A stretch of 64,000 nt of DNA. Origin: Thermoplasmata archaeon. GTDB lineage: Archaea > Thermoplasmatota > Thermoplasmata > Lutacidiplasmatales > UBA184. Each line of letters starts with the position of its first letter. Position 1 is the first letter of the stretch. The notes beneath the pieces were generated by a model. The model was not told where the DNA came from. It saw only the letters and a list, made by a program, of their open reading frames with translations, and searched no databases. The DNA lies in assembly GCA_049300255.1 (NCBI GenBank), contig JBAQJJ010000049.1, positions 43,920 through 107,919 on the forward strand, given 5' to 3'. Position numbers and translations under genes: made by a program. Positions 1-10,136 of this stretch are shown here, in pieces.

Positions 1-94
1 ATCCGCTCCCCACGGAGAGGATCTATGACGAGGTTGACGATCTCCCTCACGGACCCCCTGATTCGGGGGCGCCCCATAAGGGGACTGTCGACCT

Positions 95-1747
95 TCAGTC
101 CGGCGGGAGCTCTTTGCTGATCAGGTTCACCGGGACCCCACGACTCCGCTGGATCACATAGGAAATGAAGTAAACTGCGAGTCCAACGGCGAAGACAATG
201 GGGAGGAAGAGCAGGTAGAGGTAGCTATAGGCCCCGGTCGGCTCAACGTACGATGCGGTCGACGCGGCATAGCTGACGTACCAGGAAGCGATCCACGAGG
301 CTCCCCCGACAAGCGTTATCACCGGGACTGGCCCAACCTTCGCGCGCACGATCCGCGGAGCGTTGTTGAACAGGTTCTTCTTCAGGAAGGGAAAGAGAGC
401 ACCCCCCAGGCACACCAGTCCGACCGCGAACCAGAAACCGAAGTTTGCGTAAGAGAGGTAGTTGAAAATCGTGTAATAGACCCCCAGCCACAGGCACAAG
501 AACGAGGCGGCGGCGAGGACAAGGACCGCGACCCACGGTACGCCGTTGCGCGAAACTCGAGTGAGGAAGGACGGCAGGATCCGGTCAAACGACCAGGCAA
601 ACAGATTCCGGGTGGGGACGATGAAGTAGATCAACGAGAAGGCGAAGAAGGTCAGTGCGATCCCGAAGGTGAGGAAGCCGGCGATCCAAGGGTCGGAGAT
701 GAGATACGCCACGAGAAGGAGCGGCGACGGCATAGTGGTGGGCCCGGAGCCGAACCAGTTCTGGCTCGCCCCCACGATGAAGTTCCGTCCGAATGTGTTG
801 TAGGTGACCGCGTACAGGAGGGCGATCATGGCCGCGAAGATTAGCGGCGCACCGAAGATCGCCAGGCCCTGCGTACGAGTCGGGTTCCCTCGGATTTCGC
901 CGCCATAATAAGAGCTGTTGGCGTACCCAATGAAACTCAACATCGTGTAGACGATCCCGAGGAACGTTCCGCTGATGGTAATCGAATCTACCGCCGCGCC
1001 GCTTCGCGCGAGCGTGGCATACGCGCCGGCCCCGTTCACGGCGTTGTAGTGGCTCGCGAAGGTCGCTTGGGAAGTCGAGGCCAGAATTCCGATCATGATG
1101 GCATAGATTACGAACGTGACGGCGAAAATTCCTATGGAGGTCCGGAATATCCACTTCGTGGGGAGCAGACTGACGAGCACGACCACAAGCAGGAAGAGCG
1201 CGCCAATCGCGAACTGATAGGTGGTGCTGTTCAATATGGTGTTTGCCCACGCCAACGGCTGCGCACCGCCGCCCGCGATACTGAAGCTCGCGAAGAGCAT
1301 CGGGAGTCCGTAGAACGCCAGATAGTAGGAAAAGTATCCGGCCCAAGTGATGAAAACCACTGTAAACACGAGATTCGTCGCGAATCCGATACTCGGGTGG
1401 AAAATCCGACCGAGGAAGATGTAGTCGCCTCCCGAGCGAGGCATAGCGCTCGCGAGCATCCAATACACATACCCCACCCCGATATTGATCAGAACCCCGA
1501 TTGCGACCGTCGTAATGAGGTTCGCATTGGGGTACCCCGCTGAAGCGAACACGACCCAGAAAAAGTTCACGATGATGCCCATGCCGACCAGGTTTGCGAT
1601 CAGCGCCGTCCGAGGCCCGACGGTTCGGACGAGTCCGGACGACTGGCGGACGTAGACGTCCTTCGAAGATACCTCACGGCGGACCGACTCGGCCGCCGGC
1701 AGGTTGACCACGGTTCCCGGCAGATTCGCTTCGGTCGCTGCGGTCAC
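95..1747 (-). CDS. Amino acid/polyamine permease (APC superfamily), polytopic membrane transporter
   Basis: 550-aa ORF with about 12 hydrophobic helices and APC-like Gly-rich segments; my reading of the translation, no search run. Confidence 0.75.
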   Translation of the reverse strand: MTAATEANLPGTVVNLPAAESVRREVSSKDVYVRQSSGLVRTVGPRTALIANLVGMGIIVNFFWVVFASAGYPNANLITTVAIGVLINIGVGYVYWMLASAMPRSGGDYIFLGRIFHPSIGFATNLVFTVVFITWAGYFSYYLAFYGLPMLFASFSIAGGGAQPLAWANTILNSTTYQFAIGALFLLVVVLVSLLPTKWIFRTSIGIFAVTFVIYAIMIGILASTSQATFASHYNAVNGAGAYATLARSGAAVDSITISGTFLGIVYTMLSFIGYANSSYYGGEIRGNPTRTQGLAIFGAPLIFAAMIALLYAVTYNTFGRNFIVGASQNWFGSGPTTMPSPLLLVAYLISDPWIAGFLTFGIALTFFAFSLIYFIVPTRNLFAWSFDRILPSFLTRVSRNGVPWVAVLVLAAASFLCLWLGVYYTIFNYLSYANFGFWFAVGLVCLGGALFPFLKKNLFNNAPRIVRAKVGPVPVITLVGGASWIASWYVSYAASTASYVEPTGAYSYLYLLFLPIVFAVGLAVYFISYVIQRSRGVPVNLISKELPPD

Positions 1748-1930
1748 CCTTTCTCACTCCGTCATGGAAGTCGCCTGGCCGTCGAGTGATGCCGTAGCAC
1801 GGCCACTTCGTGTAGGTATTAAAAACATCCGAGGAGGGAAAAATACAGTTCGACTCCCCTAGCGTTCATTTGTAAAGTCCTAACGAGTCGAACCCTTCAA
1901 TTCCGTCGAGGGATATGGATCCCGGTCCCC

Positions 1931-3070
1931 ATGAAGTGGAACACCCGGCTGATTCACGACGGGCAGGCGCCCGACCCGCTGACGGGCGCCGTCAACGTTC
2001 CGGTCTACCTCACTTCCACCTACGCGGAAATCTCACCGGGAAAGGCGAGGGGGTTCGTCTATTCCCGAACGGGAAATCCGACGCGCGCCGTTCTGGAAAG
2101 AGTCTTGGGCCGCCTCGAATCGGGAGTTGGTGCTCTCGCATTTGGCTCCGGCCTCGCTGCGACTTCCGCTCTGCTAATGGCGTATCCGAGCGGCAGTCGG
2201 ATCGTAGCCGGGGACGACCTCTACGCGGGAACCTGGCGGCTCCTCCAAGTTGCGCGGACCCACGGAGTTCAGGTTGATTTCATCGATACGACGAATCTCG
2301 CTAACATCCGACAAGCGTTGGGCGCCGGACCTCGGGCCGATCTCCTCTACGTAGAGACCCCCACAAATCCGCTTCTGAAGATCACGGACCTTCGAGGAAC
2401 GATCGCGATCGCCCGGTCAACTCGAACCCGGGTCGCCGTGGACAACACGTTCGCCTCCCCCGTGCTCCAACGACCCCTCGAACTCGGTGCAGATGTGGTC
2501 ATTCACTCGACGACCAAATATCTTGGCGGGCACAGCGACCTCATTGGAGGGGCGCTGGTTTTCCGATCGAAAGCTTGGCTCGAGAAATATCGATGGTATC
2601 AGAACACACAGGGAGGGATTCCGGGCCCCCTTGAATGCTTCCTGGTACTGCGGGGCATCCACACCATGGCCTTACGCGTACGTGCTCATTGCGCAAACGC
2701 ACGCAGGGTGGCCACATTCCTCTCGCGTCATCCCAAGGTCCTGCGAACCCTCTATCCGGGATTACGCACGCACCCCGGGTTCCGCGTGGCCCAGCGCCAG
2801 ATGGACGACTTCGGGGGCATGGTCTCTGCGGAGATTCGAGGGGGACTACCCGCCGCACGACGTGTTGTTCGTCGGTTGAAGGTCTTTACGCTCGCTGAAA
2901 GCCTCGGCGGAGTAGAGTCCCTCGTGAACGTTCCGGCGCTGATGACACATCGATCCGTCCCGAAATCTCTTCGGGAGCAGCAAGGAATCCGAGATGGATT
3001 GCTCCGTTTCAGCGTCGGCGTTGAAGACGCAGAAGATCTCGTGGCCGACCTGCGGCAAGCCCTGGCTTGA
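1931..3070 (+). CDS. Cystathionine gamma-synthase/beta-lyase family PLP enzyme (Cys/Met metabolism)
   Basis: Translation has the PLP-lysine motif STTKYLGGHSDLIGG and starts MKWNTRLIHDG, typical of the MetB/MetC/MetZ family. Confidence 0.88.
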   Translation: MKWNTRLIHDGQAPDPLTGAVNVPVYLTSTYAEISPGKARGFVYSRTGNPTRAVLERVLGRLESGVGALAFGSGLAATSALLMAYPSGSRIVAGDDLYAGTWRLLQVARTHGVQVDFIDTTNLANIRQALGAGPRADLLYVETPTNPLLKITDLRGTIAIARSTRTRVAVDNTFASPVLQRPLELGADVVIHSTTKYLGGHSDLIGGALVFRSKAWLEKYRWYQNTQGGIPGPLECFLVLRGIHTMALRVRAHCANARRVATFLSRHPKVLRTLYPGLRTHPGFRVAQRQMDDFGGMVSAEIRGGLPAARRVVRRLKVFTLAESLGGVESLVNVPALMTHRSVPKSLREQQGIRDGLLRFSVGVEDAEDLVADLRQALA

Positions 3071-3117
3071 ACCGAACCGTCGGCACCGACAAATAGCGTG
3101 CGAGGTGTCGCCGGCGC

Positions 3118-3474
3118 ATGCCGTTGTGGGAAGACAAGCCGGGGGCTTGGCACGAGATTCTGCCGGGAGTCCGCCGACGAATCCTGGCGCATGATTCGGG
3201 AGTGATGATGGTCCTCTATCACATCGCGCCGGGAAGCCTCTTCCCGCGGCACACCCATCCTCACGTTCAATCGGGAACCGTGCTCGAGGGCGGAGGCGAC
3301 TTCGTGGTCGGCGGGGAGGTTTGGAAGCTCCGGCCGGGCTCGTCCTACTCACTTCCCGGAGGGGTACCTCATGAGTTGAGGACGGATCCCAAAGCGCCGA
3401 CCGTGATTGTGGACGTGTTCACGCCTCGACGGGAGGATTTCCTCCCAGAGACGGTTCCCCCCGATCGCGAGTGA
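3118..3474 (+). CDS. Cupin-domain protein
   Basis: 118 aa with a His-rich cupin_2-like core (HTHPHVQSGTVLEGG ... VPHEL). Confidence 0.6.
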   Translation: MPLWEDKPGAWHEILPGVRRRILAHDSGVMMVLYHIAPGSLFPRHTHPHVQSGTVLEGGGDFVVGGEVWKLRPGSSYSLPGGVPHELRTDPKAPTVIVDVFTPRREDFLPETVPPDRE

Positions 3475-3480
3475 ATCCCG

Positions 3481-4275
3481 TTACCCGACCGAGCGCAGGA
3501 TCCCACCATCGACCGGTAGGAGGGCTCCGCTGACGTAGCTCGACATATCGCCCCCGAGGAATACGACGGCCCGAGCGAGTTCCTCGGGAGACCCGATCCT
3601 CCCCAAGGGGATTTCGCCTTCCATCTTGTGAATTACCTCCTCGGTCGTGGTCCCACTCCGACGCGCGGCGTCGCCGGCCACTTCGTCAATCCGCGCGGTG
3701 CGAATGTAACCGGGCAGAATGCCGTTGACTCGAATCCCCTTAGGTCCTAGTTCCCGAGCGAGTGTCCTAACCAGCCCGGCCACAGCGATTCGACAGACGC
3801 TCGAGAGCGCAAGATTCGGTATCGGTTCGCGCATGGCGACGGATCCCAAGAACACCATTCGACCGGCGGTCTTGCCGGCCAGCATCGCCTCGGCGGTCTT
3901 GCGGGCGAGGTACGACGGTCCGACGACCAACAGCGCGGCGGCGCGCGACCAGTCGTCGAATCCTTGCTCGAGGAATACCCCGGGGCGCGGCGAGCCCGTG
4001 ACGTAGACCATCGTGTCGACCCCTCCGAGGAAACGCACCGTTTCCGCAAGAAGGCGGTCGAGGTCCGCTTGCCGGGAGAGGTCGGCGACCACTCCGTGCA
4101 CTTCGCCCCGGCTGCTCAACCTCCGGACCGCCGTTTCGAGCCGCCCCTCGTTCGAGGAGTTGATCACGACTCTCGCGCCTTCCCCCAGAAACGCCTCGGC
4201 TACGGCAAAGCCAATTCCTTGACTCGATGCGGTCACGAGAACGCGAGCTCCGTCAAGGCCGGAGGAAAGCGGCAT
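3481..4275 (-). CDS. Short-chain dehydrogenase/reductase (SDR) family oxidoreductase
   Basis: N-terminal TASSQGIG glycine motif, catalytic YxxxK region (MSSYVSGA), 264 aa. Confidence 0.85.
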   Translation of the reverse strand: MPLSSGLDGARVLVTASSQGIGFAVAEAFLGEGARVVINSSNEGRLETAVRRLSSRGEVHGVVADLSRQADLDRLLAETVRFLGGVDTMVYVTGSPRPGVFLEQGFDDWSRAAALLVVGPSYLARKTAEAMLAGKTAGRMVFLGSVAMREPIPNLALSSVCRIAVAGLVRTLARELGPKGIRVNGILPGYIRTARIDEVAGDAARRSGTTTEEVIHKMEGEIPLGRIGSPEELARAVVFLGGDMSSYVSGALLPVDGGILRSVG

Positions 4276-4283
4276 CCAAACGC

Positions 4284-4943
4284 CTACGATTCGATCGCGA
4301 ACACCCGCGCCATCGCTCCGCTGCCGCCGGCGATCTTGAGGGGGGCCGCGATCAGCGTGTATTCTTCGCCTTCGACCAATTCATCGAGGTGATCGAGCGC
4401 TTCTAGGATCCAGATCCCCCTTCTCAAGAGGGCTTTGTGGGCCTCGAATTTCTGATTCGCAAACGGGTCGATCCCGAGTGTGTCTGTGCCGACTCCCTGA
4501 ATCGACTGCTTGACTAGCCACTCCGCTCCCTCCGGATCGATCCCCGGAAATTCGTACAGGTAGTGCGCCGTGGGCGCCCGTTCGCGGCTCCAGCCGGTTC
4601 GGAGCAGAACAACCTCAGGGTGCTTGCCGCGGGGCCATCGCTTGGCCAGCGACTTGGCCGGGATGATCGAGCCTTCGATCTCCGAGCGGACGTCCAGCAC
4701 GGCAGCGGTCCCGACGAGTCGCTCGGGGGGAATTTGGTCGATGGTTGCTCCGTCCTCAAGGAAGTGGGACGGTGCGTCCATATGGGTGCCGGTGTGGGTG
4801 AGGCAGTTGATGCGTTCAATGGCATAGCCATCCCGGGCCACGAAGCCGACGGGCTCGATAACCGGGAGTGGCGACGTGGGCCACACCGGCATATACGATT
4901 GCAGCGTGGCGGTCAGATCGTGGACGCGGCGCGGCGGAGGCAT
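4284..4943 (-). CDS. Cyclase-family protein (kynurenine formamidase-like metal-dependent hydrolase)
   Basis: Cyclase signature HTGTHMDAPSHF. The start is probably the internal Met (MPPPRRVHDL...) rather than the ORF-track start at 5117. Confidence 0.7.
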   Translation of the reverse strand: MPPPRRVHDLTATLQSYMPVWPTSPLPVIEPVGFVARDGYAIERINCLTHTGTHMDAPSHFLEDGATIDQIPPERLVGTAAVLDVRSEIEGSIIPAKSLAKRWPRGKHPEVVLLRTGWSRERAPTAHYLYEFPGIDPEGAEWLVKQSIQGVGTDTLGIDPFANQKFEAHKALLRRGIWILEALDHLDELVEGEEYTLIAAPLKIAGGSGAMARVFAIES

Positions 4944-4998
4944 AGCCAAGGCGAGCCTTTTCGGGTACAAAAAGAGGGGCCGGAAGTCTTCCGCCACC

Positions 4999-6150
4999 TT
5001 AGGGAGAAGCCGAGTGGTGGTGTCGGAGGAATCGCTCCAAGCGATCCACTCCCTCGTCCAGGACGGAAACCGGCGAGCTATACGAGATCCGAATGTGACC
5101 CTCTCCGTGGGGGCCAAATGCCACGCCCGGAACGACCGCCACGCTCTGATCCCTCAAGAGCTCCGCACAAAATTGGACCGACGAGAGGCGCAGATCGTAC
5201 CGTGGAAAAATGTAGAACGCTCCCTCCGGAGCCACAGTGGTCAGTCCGTCGACTCGGGCGATCCGACGGAGGAGGTGGTCGCGACGCTCTCGGAAGACGC
5301 CCCGGATCCGTTCTTCGTCCGATCCGGCGTTCGCCAGCGCCCACACGCTCGCCTTTTGGATGAATGGCGGCACGCACGTGAGCGTGTGCTCCATCACTTT
5401 CACGAGACGCGAGACGACTTTGGGAGGGGCAATGGCGAAGCCCACGCGCCAGCCCGTCATTGCATAGATCTTCGAGAAGCTCCCCACCGTGATCACGGGA
5501 ACCTTCCCGTCCGCTATACTCGCCGGGCTCACGTGGCGACCCTCATAGACGAGCGCCTCGTACGTTTCGTCGCTGACGACGGTCAAGTGGCGGTCCCTTG
5601 CTACTTCGAGCGCCGCGCGGATTTCTTCGCGCCGCAACACTCGCCCCGTCGGGTTGGCCGGCGAGACGAGGATCAACATCTTCGTCCTCGCGGTAACGGC
5701 CGAGCGGAGGGCGTCCGCATCGAGCGAAAAGCCCGCTCGGAGCGGTACGTAAACCGGGCGAGCGCCCACGAGTTGGATCGGTTGTTCAAAGAGATACGTC
5801 GGATCGGGGAGTAGGACTTCGTCACCGGACGAGACGGTGGAGAGGAGCGCCGCGTAGATCGCGAACTTTGCGGGCAGCACCACCACGTCGTCGGCTTGAG
5901 CGGGTATTCTGTGTCGATCGGATACGCGCTGCGCGATGGCGGCACGAAGTTCCGGCATACCCTGCGCCGACGTGTAATGGGTGAATCCTTCGTTCATCGC
6001 GCGATAGGCCGCGTCGCGGATCCCCTGCGGCGTGTCGAAATCCGGTTCGCCAATATGCAGGCTCAGCACTTCGTGTCCCGCCAGTCGCATACGGAATATC
6101 TGGTCGATCAGCGATAAGATCGGGGACTCCGAGATCTCGTCGACCCGCAT
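4999..6150 (-). CDS. Class I/II PLP-dependent aminotransferase (aspartate aminotransferase family)
   Basis: Aminotransferase fold motifs (SFSKIYAMTGWRVGF with PLP-Lys, NPTG). I place the start at the internal Met (MRVDEISESP). Confidence 0.85.
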   Translation of the reverse strand: MRVDEISESPILSLIDQIFRMRLAGHEVLSLHIGEPDFDTPQGIRDAAYRAMNEGFTHYTSAQGMPELRAAIAQRVSDRHRIPAQADDVVVLPAKFAIYAALLSTVSSGDEVLLPDPTYLFEQPIQLVGARPVYVPLRAGFSLDADALRSAVTARTKMLILVSPANPTGRVLRREEIRAALEVARDRHLTVVSDETYEALVYEGRHVSPASIADGKVPVITVGSFSKIYAMTGWRVGFAIAPPKVVSRLVKVMEHTLTCVPPFIQKASVWALANAGSDEERIRGVFRERRDHLLRRIARVDGLTTVAPEGAFYIFPRYDLRLSSVQFCAELLRDQSVAVVPGVAFGPHGEGHIRISYSSPVSVLDEGVDRLERFLRHHHSASP

Positions 6151-6175
6151 TCGGACCCTACGGGAACGACTCGGA

Positions 6176-6790
6176 TTAAGGGCGTCGATTTCGGCCCCGG
6201 CTAGCCGTCCTCGCACGACGACCTTCTCGCCGAGGAGCACGCAAATACTCCCCGACGCGCTTCAACGCCCGGGCCCGATGCGAGATGGCGTTCTTAGCGT
6301 TCGGGGGGGCTTGCGCAAACGTCTGCTTCCAATCGACCGGGATGAAGATCGGATCGTACCCGAATCCGCGATCCCCTCGGGGCTGCCGAGCAATCGAGCC
6401 AACCGTCTCTCCCTTGAATATTGTCACTCGAGACCCCGATCGAAGGCCCGCGACGGTTCGGAAGATCGCGCGTCGGTCTCGCTTTCGGAGAAGGTCGAGA
6501 AAAGGCTCAAAGTCGCGATTCTTACCCCAGATCTTCTCGATGTACGACGAGTAGACTCCCGGAAAACCCCCCAGCGCCGGAATGAAAAGACCGGAATCCT
6601 CGACCAACACTTTCCCGGGAATATCGCCTACCGCTCGCAATTTGGCCCGGACCACCGACTCCAGATCGTCGGCTTGCGGCTCCCCGAGCTTGCGTCGCCG
6701 CCAGCGAACCCGAATCCCGAAAGGACGCAGGATGTCGGCGACTTCTCGCGACTTGCCATGATTCGACGAGACGAACGTGACGGCCTTCAC
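6176..6790 (-). CDS. Non-canonical purine NTP pyrophosphatase (Ham1/RdgB/ITPase family)
   Basis: Ham1 motifs (VTFVSSNHGKSRE, FGYDPIF, SHRARAL). The N-terminal 140 aa of the track ORF overlap the nitroreductase in another frame. A GTG at 6790 lies just after the nitroreductase TAG (6799-6801), so I trimmed the start to it. Confidence 0.8.
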   Translation of the reverse strand: MKAVTFVSSNHGKSREVADILRPFGIRVRWRRRKLGEPQADDLESVVRAKLRAVGDIPGKVLVEDSGLFIPALGGFPGVYSSYIEKIWGKNRDFEPFLDLLRKRDRRAIFRTVAGLRSGSRVTIFKGETVGSIARQPRGDRGFGYDPIFIPVDWKQTFAQAPPNAKNAISHRARALKRVGEYLRAPRREGRRARTASRGRNRRP

Positions 6791-6798
6791 GGGCGTAC

Positions 6799-7374
6799 CT
6801 ACCACGCGTATTGGTTGTATGCGATGATCTCGTCGGGGCTTTTGCGTCCGTCGGGCGCAGGAACGGTGCGCGCATTCCCGTTCTCGGCAGGATACCCAAT
6901 CGGAACGATCGCGATGGGGTGGATCCCTTCCGGAACTCCAAGGACGGCCCGCACCTTGTCCTCGTGGAACTCGACTATCCAGTTCGTTCCGAGCCCCTCC
7001 GCGGTCGCGGCAAGCTGGAGATTGTTCACCGCCACGGCCACATCGAGCGGATAGACCGACATATACCCGCCCACCGTGACCGGTATGTCCTCCTCGACCG
7101 AGAACGCAACTACGACAACCGGCGCCTCGGCCACCGGCTTTCCCTTTACGCACGCCTGCGCGAGGAGCCGCTTGCGCTCGTCGTCTTGCACGACGACGAA
7201 TCGCCACGGTTGGAGATTGTGTTGTGAGGGTGTCAGGCGGGCGGCGGCGAGGATCGATTTGAGCTTCTCGGGAGGGATCGGGCGAGGGTTAAACGACTGG
7301 CACGGGCGATAGGCGCGGATTGCCTCCAGAACATCCATGATGCTAACCGGCGAAAATAGAGGCTCGAGGGGCAC
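6799..7374 (-). CDS. Nitroreductase-family (FMN-dependent) oxidoreductase
   Basis: 191 aa, nitroreductase fold features (PSQHNLQPWRFVVV, NARTVP). Confidence 0.75.
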   Translation of the reverse strand: MPLEPLFSPVSIMDVLEAIRAYRPCQSFNPRPIPPEKLKSILAAARLTPSQHNLQPWRFVVVQDDERKRLLAQACVKGKPVAEAPVVVVAFSVEEDIPVTVGGYMSVYPLDVAVAVNNLQLAATAEGLGTNWIVEFHEDKVRAVLGVPEGIHPIAIVPIGYPAENGNARTVPAPDGRKSPDEIIAYNQYAW

Positions 7375-7458
7375 TTGGGGAGGTCATCCCTCCGTGGGGA
7401 CGTGAGGCATTTACAACAATGTGAGGGTGCTACCCATTAAAATCATTTCTGGAACGCG

Positions 7459-8040
7459 GTGAACGACGGGAGAGGCGAAACCTCTTGGTCCAAGCCGGAT
7501 TCCCAGCCGTCGATAGCTCAATCCGGCCCCGGTCCGGAATGCGAGCTCGCCACTTTCCATCGGTGGTTTCGCTACATTGCGGAGGCGCGAGCGGCGTTTC
7601 TCCAAGCGTCCTCGCGAACTCCGCCGGCACGGTTGACCGAGGACCGAGGCGCGAGTTACCCATCGATTTTGGATGTATTCGCCAAAGCCCTGTTCGCCCA
7701 CCAGGATTGGATCCTCTAGGCCTAACATGGCGGCGACTCGTCGCCGCTCAAGTCGACCGGGGGGACCCTTTCCGAAACCGAAGAGCTGGCCCAGAGCGTG
7801 AAGGAAATCCGGGAGAAGTTTTTGGCGTCCCTGCGGCCGGCGGATCTCGACCGAGAGTTCACGTTTCACTGGACGCCGGGGGACGAGAGCACGCGGGTTA
7901 CGAGGACAGTCCGAGACATGCTCGGCCACTGAGTCGAAGAGGAGCTTCAGCATCGCGGCGAGATCAACGCCTTGCTCTGGCAGAGGGACCTACCCGTCCC
8001 GATCCTCTCCTGGGATGACTGGGTCCGAGTCTGCCGCTGA
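7459..8040 (+). pseudogene. DinB/YfiT-like (DinB_2) metal-dependent hydrolase family, disrupted by three in-frame stop codons
   Basis: One frame reads a DinB-like N-terminus (FHRWFRYIAEARAAFL ... HQDWIL), then TAG (7717-7719), Ala, TAA (7723-7725), then continues (...FTFHWTPGDESTRVTRTVRDMLGH), TGA (7930-7932), then VEEELQHRGEINALLWQ. The HxxxxHRG motif of the DinB family is split by the TGA. Confidence 0.5.
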
Positions 8041-8175
8041 CCGTCGATCGCGGCAGCCGATTGGTCGAACCAGGAAGGTCCGGCTAGATTCGTCGAGGAA
8101 GTAGTCCCGGTGGAGCGAAGTCGCGTCGGTCCGGAAGTACATTGTCGAAGGAAGCCCGTTCCCAAAACGAGAGGG

Positions 8176-9270
8176 TCACCCGTTTAGAGGTAGGGCCTTT
8201 CCGTCGACCTCGACTGTTGCGCCCACGTTGATAACCCATCCGAAGAGGGAAGAGGGGTTCTTCCCGCCGGAAAATTTGTTGCCGCCCACCGACACCATCA
8301 CCGCACCGAGTTCGATATCCTCGGTCTGGGGCGTATTGTGGAGCTCCGGATTGAACCCGATACCGAGGAGGCCCGGCTGATCGCGCCCCTTTCCTCCGGT
8401 CTTGTAGGGTTTGTCGAACCGCTCTCCGCCGCGCTCATACTCGGCGTCGGTCAGCTTCCCGCGGCGGAATCGGAAGACGCCCCCGGTCGCTGTCCCGTCG
8501 TCATAGTAGTTCGTGCGGTTCGCTACGATCGTGCCATCGGCGACCGATTCGTCCAGGGCCACGCGGATGGAGCCCGTCGGCAACGTGGTCAACATCTGGA
8601 AGGGCTTCTTCAGGTTCGGCCGGCCCGTGGACGTATTCACCTTGCGTTTGGCGAGGCCGACAGTAAGGTCGGTTCCGTTATTGTCATGGATATGGACACT
8701 CTTGCCTCGCTCGAGCGCTCGAGCGACGGGGTTGATTGCCCGCTCGAGCTTGTCCGGGGAAACCATGGAGGCGCGAACCAGCTGATCAGTCCACTTCGAA
8801 AGATCATACCTATAGGCCCGGGAGAGCGTCGGATAGGGTCGCCCGATCTCCAATCGAGCACCCCGGAGTCCGGCCTTGGTCGCGGCCGCGTACCAGGCAT
8901 CATTGAATGCAAACAGGCGATTGGACTGTTCCTCCGGTAAGGCGTTCAGCCGTACCCGGTCGCCGGGGCCCCACATGTGAATATAGACGTCCGTCTTTGC
9001 GAGCGCTGCCCATTCATGCGCAGCGGCCTTACCGAGGACCTTGTCGTCGCCTGCCTTGACGGCGTCCCAATACATACCTTCGTCTTCGTAGGGAATGAGC
9101 GGAAGCGCTCCCATACGGCGCGCCTCGCGAGCGAATGTCACCGCCCACGGGAGGGTATGTGTCCACGCTTCCACCACGACACGTTCCCCCGGTTTGACTT
9201 GGAGATTGTTGCGAAGCACGGAGCGGGCCAATTTTGCGCGGGTCGCCTCGGAAACGTGATCGTCCGACAT
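8176..9270 (-). CDS. Aminopeptidase, M29 (AmpS/aminopeptidase T) family
   Basis: 364 aa with overall similarity to thermophilic aminopeptidase T-like proteins; the assignment is from memory of the family. Confidence 0.65.
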   Translation of the reverse strand: MSDDHVSEATRAKLARSVLRNNLQVKPGERVVVEAWTHTLPWAVTFAREARRMGALPLIPYEDEGMYWDAVKAGDDKVLGKAAAHEWAALAKTDVYIHMWGPGDRVRLNALPEEQSNRLFAFNDAWYAAATKAGLRGARLEIGRPYPTLSRAYRYDLSKWTDQLVRASMVSPDKLERAINPVARALERGKSVHIHDNNGTDLTVGLAKRKVNTSTGRPNLKKPFQMLTTLPTGSIRVALDESVADGTIVANRTNYYDDGTATGGVFRFRRGKLTDAEYERGGERFDKPYKTGGKGRDQPGLLGIGFNPELHNTPQTEDIELGAVMVSVGGNKFSGGKNPSSLFGWVINVGATVEVDGKALPLNG

Positions 9271-10021
9271 GGTGGCGGCCCTAATGCCGGACTACTATGT
9301 ATAGCTGGCTTGATTCGTCAGTCCTGTAAGGTGCTCGCCCCTACGATAACTGCGGGTGGTCGGAACCGGACGCAGGTACAGGACCCATAGCCGACTCATG
9401 TCCGGGGCTGGAATTCCGATGCGCGCGTCGCTCACCGGACGTAGAATCGATGTGTGTGCTGAACACGTGACGGTCATGACTTCTGGGAGGGTTGGTACGT
9501 GCTGGGCCGATGAAACGTACCGGAGCTTCGAGCCCTCTCGTTCGGTCGTCCCAACGCGTCGGCCGGCGGCGGACGGGCCGCGCGGTGGGAGGGACGGCAA
9601 TCGCGAGCATGGAGAGTCCATAGGCAACGGATAGGATGATACCGAGAGAGAACTACGGAACGGTAAAGACCGTTAACCCGAAGGAGGCGGCCGCCGAGCC
9701 CTGGGCAATATTCCACCCGATGCGAAGGAGACGCCTATCCCATCATCGGAGTACGTGATGCGAGCGCTCGGAATTCGGAACGCGCGCCGAACACGTCGAG
9801 CCTGATTGCATCGGTTGTCGCTATCGCAGCGGGTGCCCTAGCACCCCTGGTCGGTCGGCCTGGCTTCAGGGCTCTTAGCCGGCGAGTACATTCTGCTCGG
9901 CGTCCGGTTGGATCGAACTCTCTCGGGCCGATGCCTTCGCCAACGACTCCTCGGCGCCCTAGGGTCCGAGCTCGTGTTCAATAGGGCGAGCGTATTCCGC
10001 ATTCAAAATTTGGAGGAGCGA

Positions 10022-10033
10022 GGAAAGCTTTCC
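10022..10033. promoter_or_regulatory. Perfect 12-bp palindrome GGAAAGCTTTCC in a long intergenic region upstream of a small ORF
   Basis: Read directly; it lies about 100 bp upstream of the ATG at 10137. Confidence 0.3.
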
Positions 10034-10136
10034 GGCTCGATTTCGACCCCTCCGCTGCGTGCTTCCCCCCCTTTTCGAGGTTCAAGCAAACGTTTCTCGG
10101 CGGCAGCTCACCTACGAGATTCGGGAGAAGCTAACA

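Noticed and set aside
585-1543. Several 80-290-aa ORFs on both strands overlapping the permease gene (585..1463 -, 1049..1543 +, etc.)
   Set aside because: Arg/Pro/Ser-rich low-complexity translations typical of out-of-frame or antisense reading in 65%-GC DNA. The permease frame has coherent TM helices. The same reasoning applies to most short ORFs in the track, for example 16376..17215, 17249..18058, 18731..19462, 38323..39393 and 39401..40324.
1800-1830. agttcgactcc T-loop-like motif
   Set aside because: Stems are not complementary; no cloverleaf could be built.
4563-5814. 266-aa and 312-aa plus-strand ORFs
   Set aside because: Antisense to the well-supported cyclase and aminotransferase genes; low-complexity translations.
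7411-7953. 180-aa minus-strand ORF across the DinB-like locus
   Set aside because: Arg-rich with no recognisable motifs, antisense to a frame with clear DinB homology; likely spurious, though it is the only uninterrupted ORF there.
10005-10040. gaggaaagctttccggctcg resembles the RNase P RNA 5' P4 strand (GAGGAAAGUCCGGGCUC)
   Set aside because: No matching 3' P4 strand (ACAGAAnnCGGCUUA) or GGGUGAAA/GGUAA motifs within 400 nt; it is more simply a 12-bp palindrome.
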